This document shows, one piece after another, positions 63,862 through 64,000 of a stretch of 64,000 nucleotides of DNA. Made by a program: the position numbers and the translations under genes. Each line of letters begins with the position of its first letter. The first letter of the stretch is position 1. The notes below the pieces were generated by a model. That model saw nothing but the letters and a program-made list of their open reading frames with translations, searched no databases and was not told the origin of the DNA. The stretch comes from Abditibacterium sp. (GTDB taxonomy: Bacteria; Armatimonadota; Abditibacteriia; Abditibacteriales; Abditibacteriaceae): NCBI GenBank assembly GCA_965246885.1, contig OZ251992.1, positions 2,240,001 to 2,304,000 on the forward strand. The letters are read 5' to 3'.

Positions 63862-64000
63862 ATGATTTCATTGCTTCTGGTAGAAGACAACGCGCGCTTG
63901 CGCCCTGCGCTACGGGCCGGACTCGATGCAACGGGAGAAACGCGCGTGTGCGGCGAGTCGGCGTCGGGCGAAGAAGCGCTTCGCCTCGCGCTGGACGCGG
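63862..64000 (+). CDS. response regulator receiver domain (partial, NarL-like)
   Basis: MISLLLVEDNARLRPALRAGL..VCGESASGEEALRLA; runs off the window end. Confidence 0.85.
   Translation, partial: MISLLLVEDNARLRPALRAGLDATGETRVCGESASGEEALRLALDA

Overview
This is a GC-rich bacterial chromosomal segment. Three DUF1559 pilin-like genes, the RNAP insertions, kdsA and a large SRP RNA suggest Armatimonadota (Abditibacterium-like); this is an inference, not a database result. It is mostly housekeeping: rpoC (partial, missing from the ORF track), rpoB, metF, tmRNA, lysS-KTSC, coaD, kdsA, two tRNA-Ser plus SRP RNA, tRNA-Ala, uvsE, birA, nadC, kptA, mutM, tsaD, folB, obg, proB, nth, a DUF58/transglutaminase/MoxR operon, an Anbu-type protease and an NYN protein. 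The least explained signals are: (1) four intergenic arrays of degenerate 21-bp units, two of which (9410-9619 and 16276-16485) are the same 10-unit family, with one beside a lone tyrosine recombinase inside an 11-bp direct repeat upstream of rpoB; (2) two small coupled coiled-coil genes and a tandem palindrome splitting rpoB from rpoC; (3) a helical insertion in the RNAP trigger loop; (4) a lower-GC secreted protein with a possible aerolysin-like hairpin, a TPR partner and an apparently frameshifted signal peptide; (5) an Anbu with Ser instead of Thr at position 1; (6) two paralogous VirB10-like glycine-zipper proteins; (7) a window-wide -10-like hexamer 6-8 nt before start codons, suggesting leaderless mRNAs; (8) REP/REPIN-like palindromes. 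No CRISPR array, rRNA, transposase or prophage was seen. All calls come from manual reading without tools.
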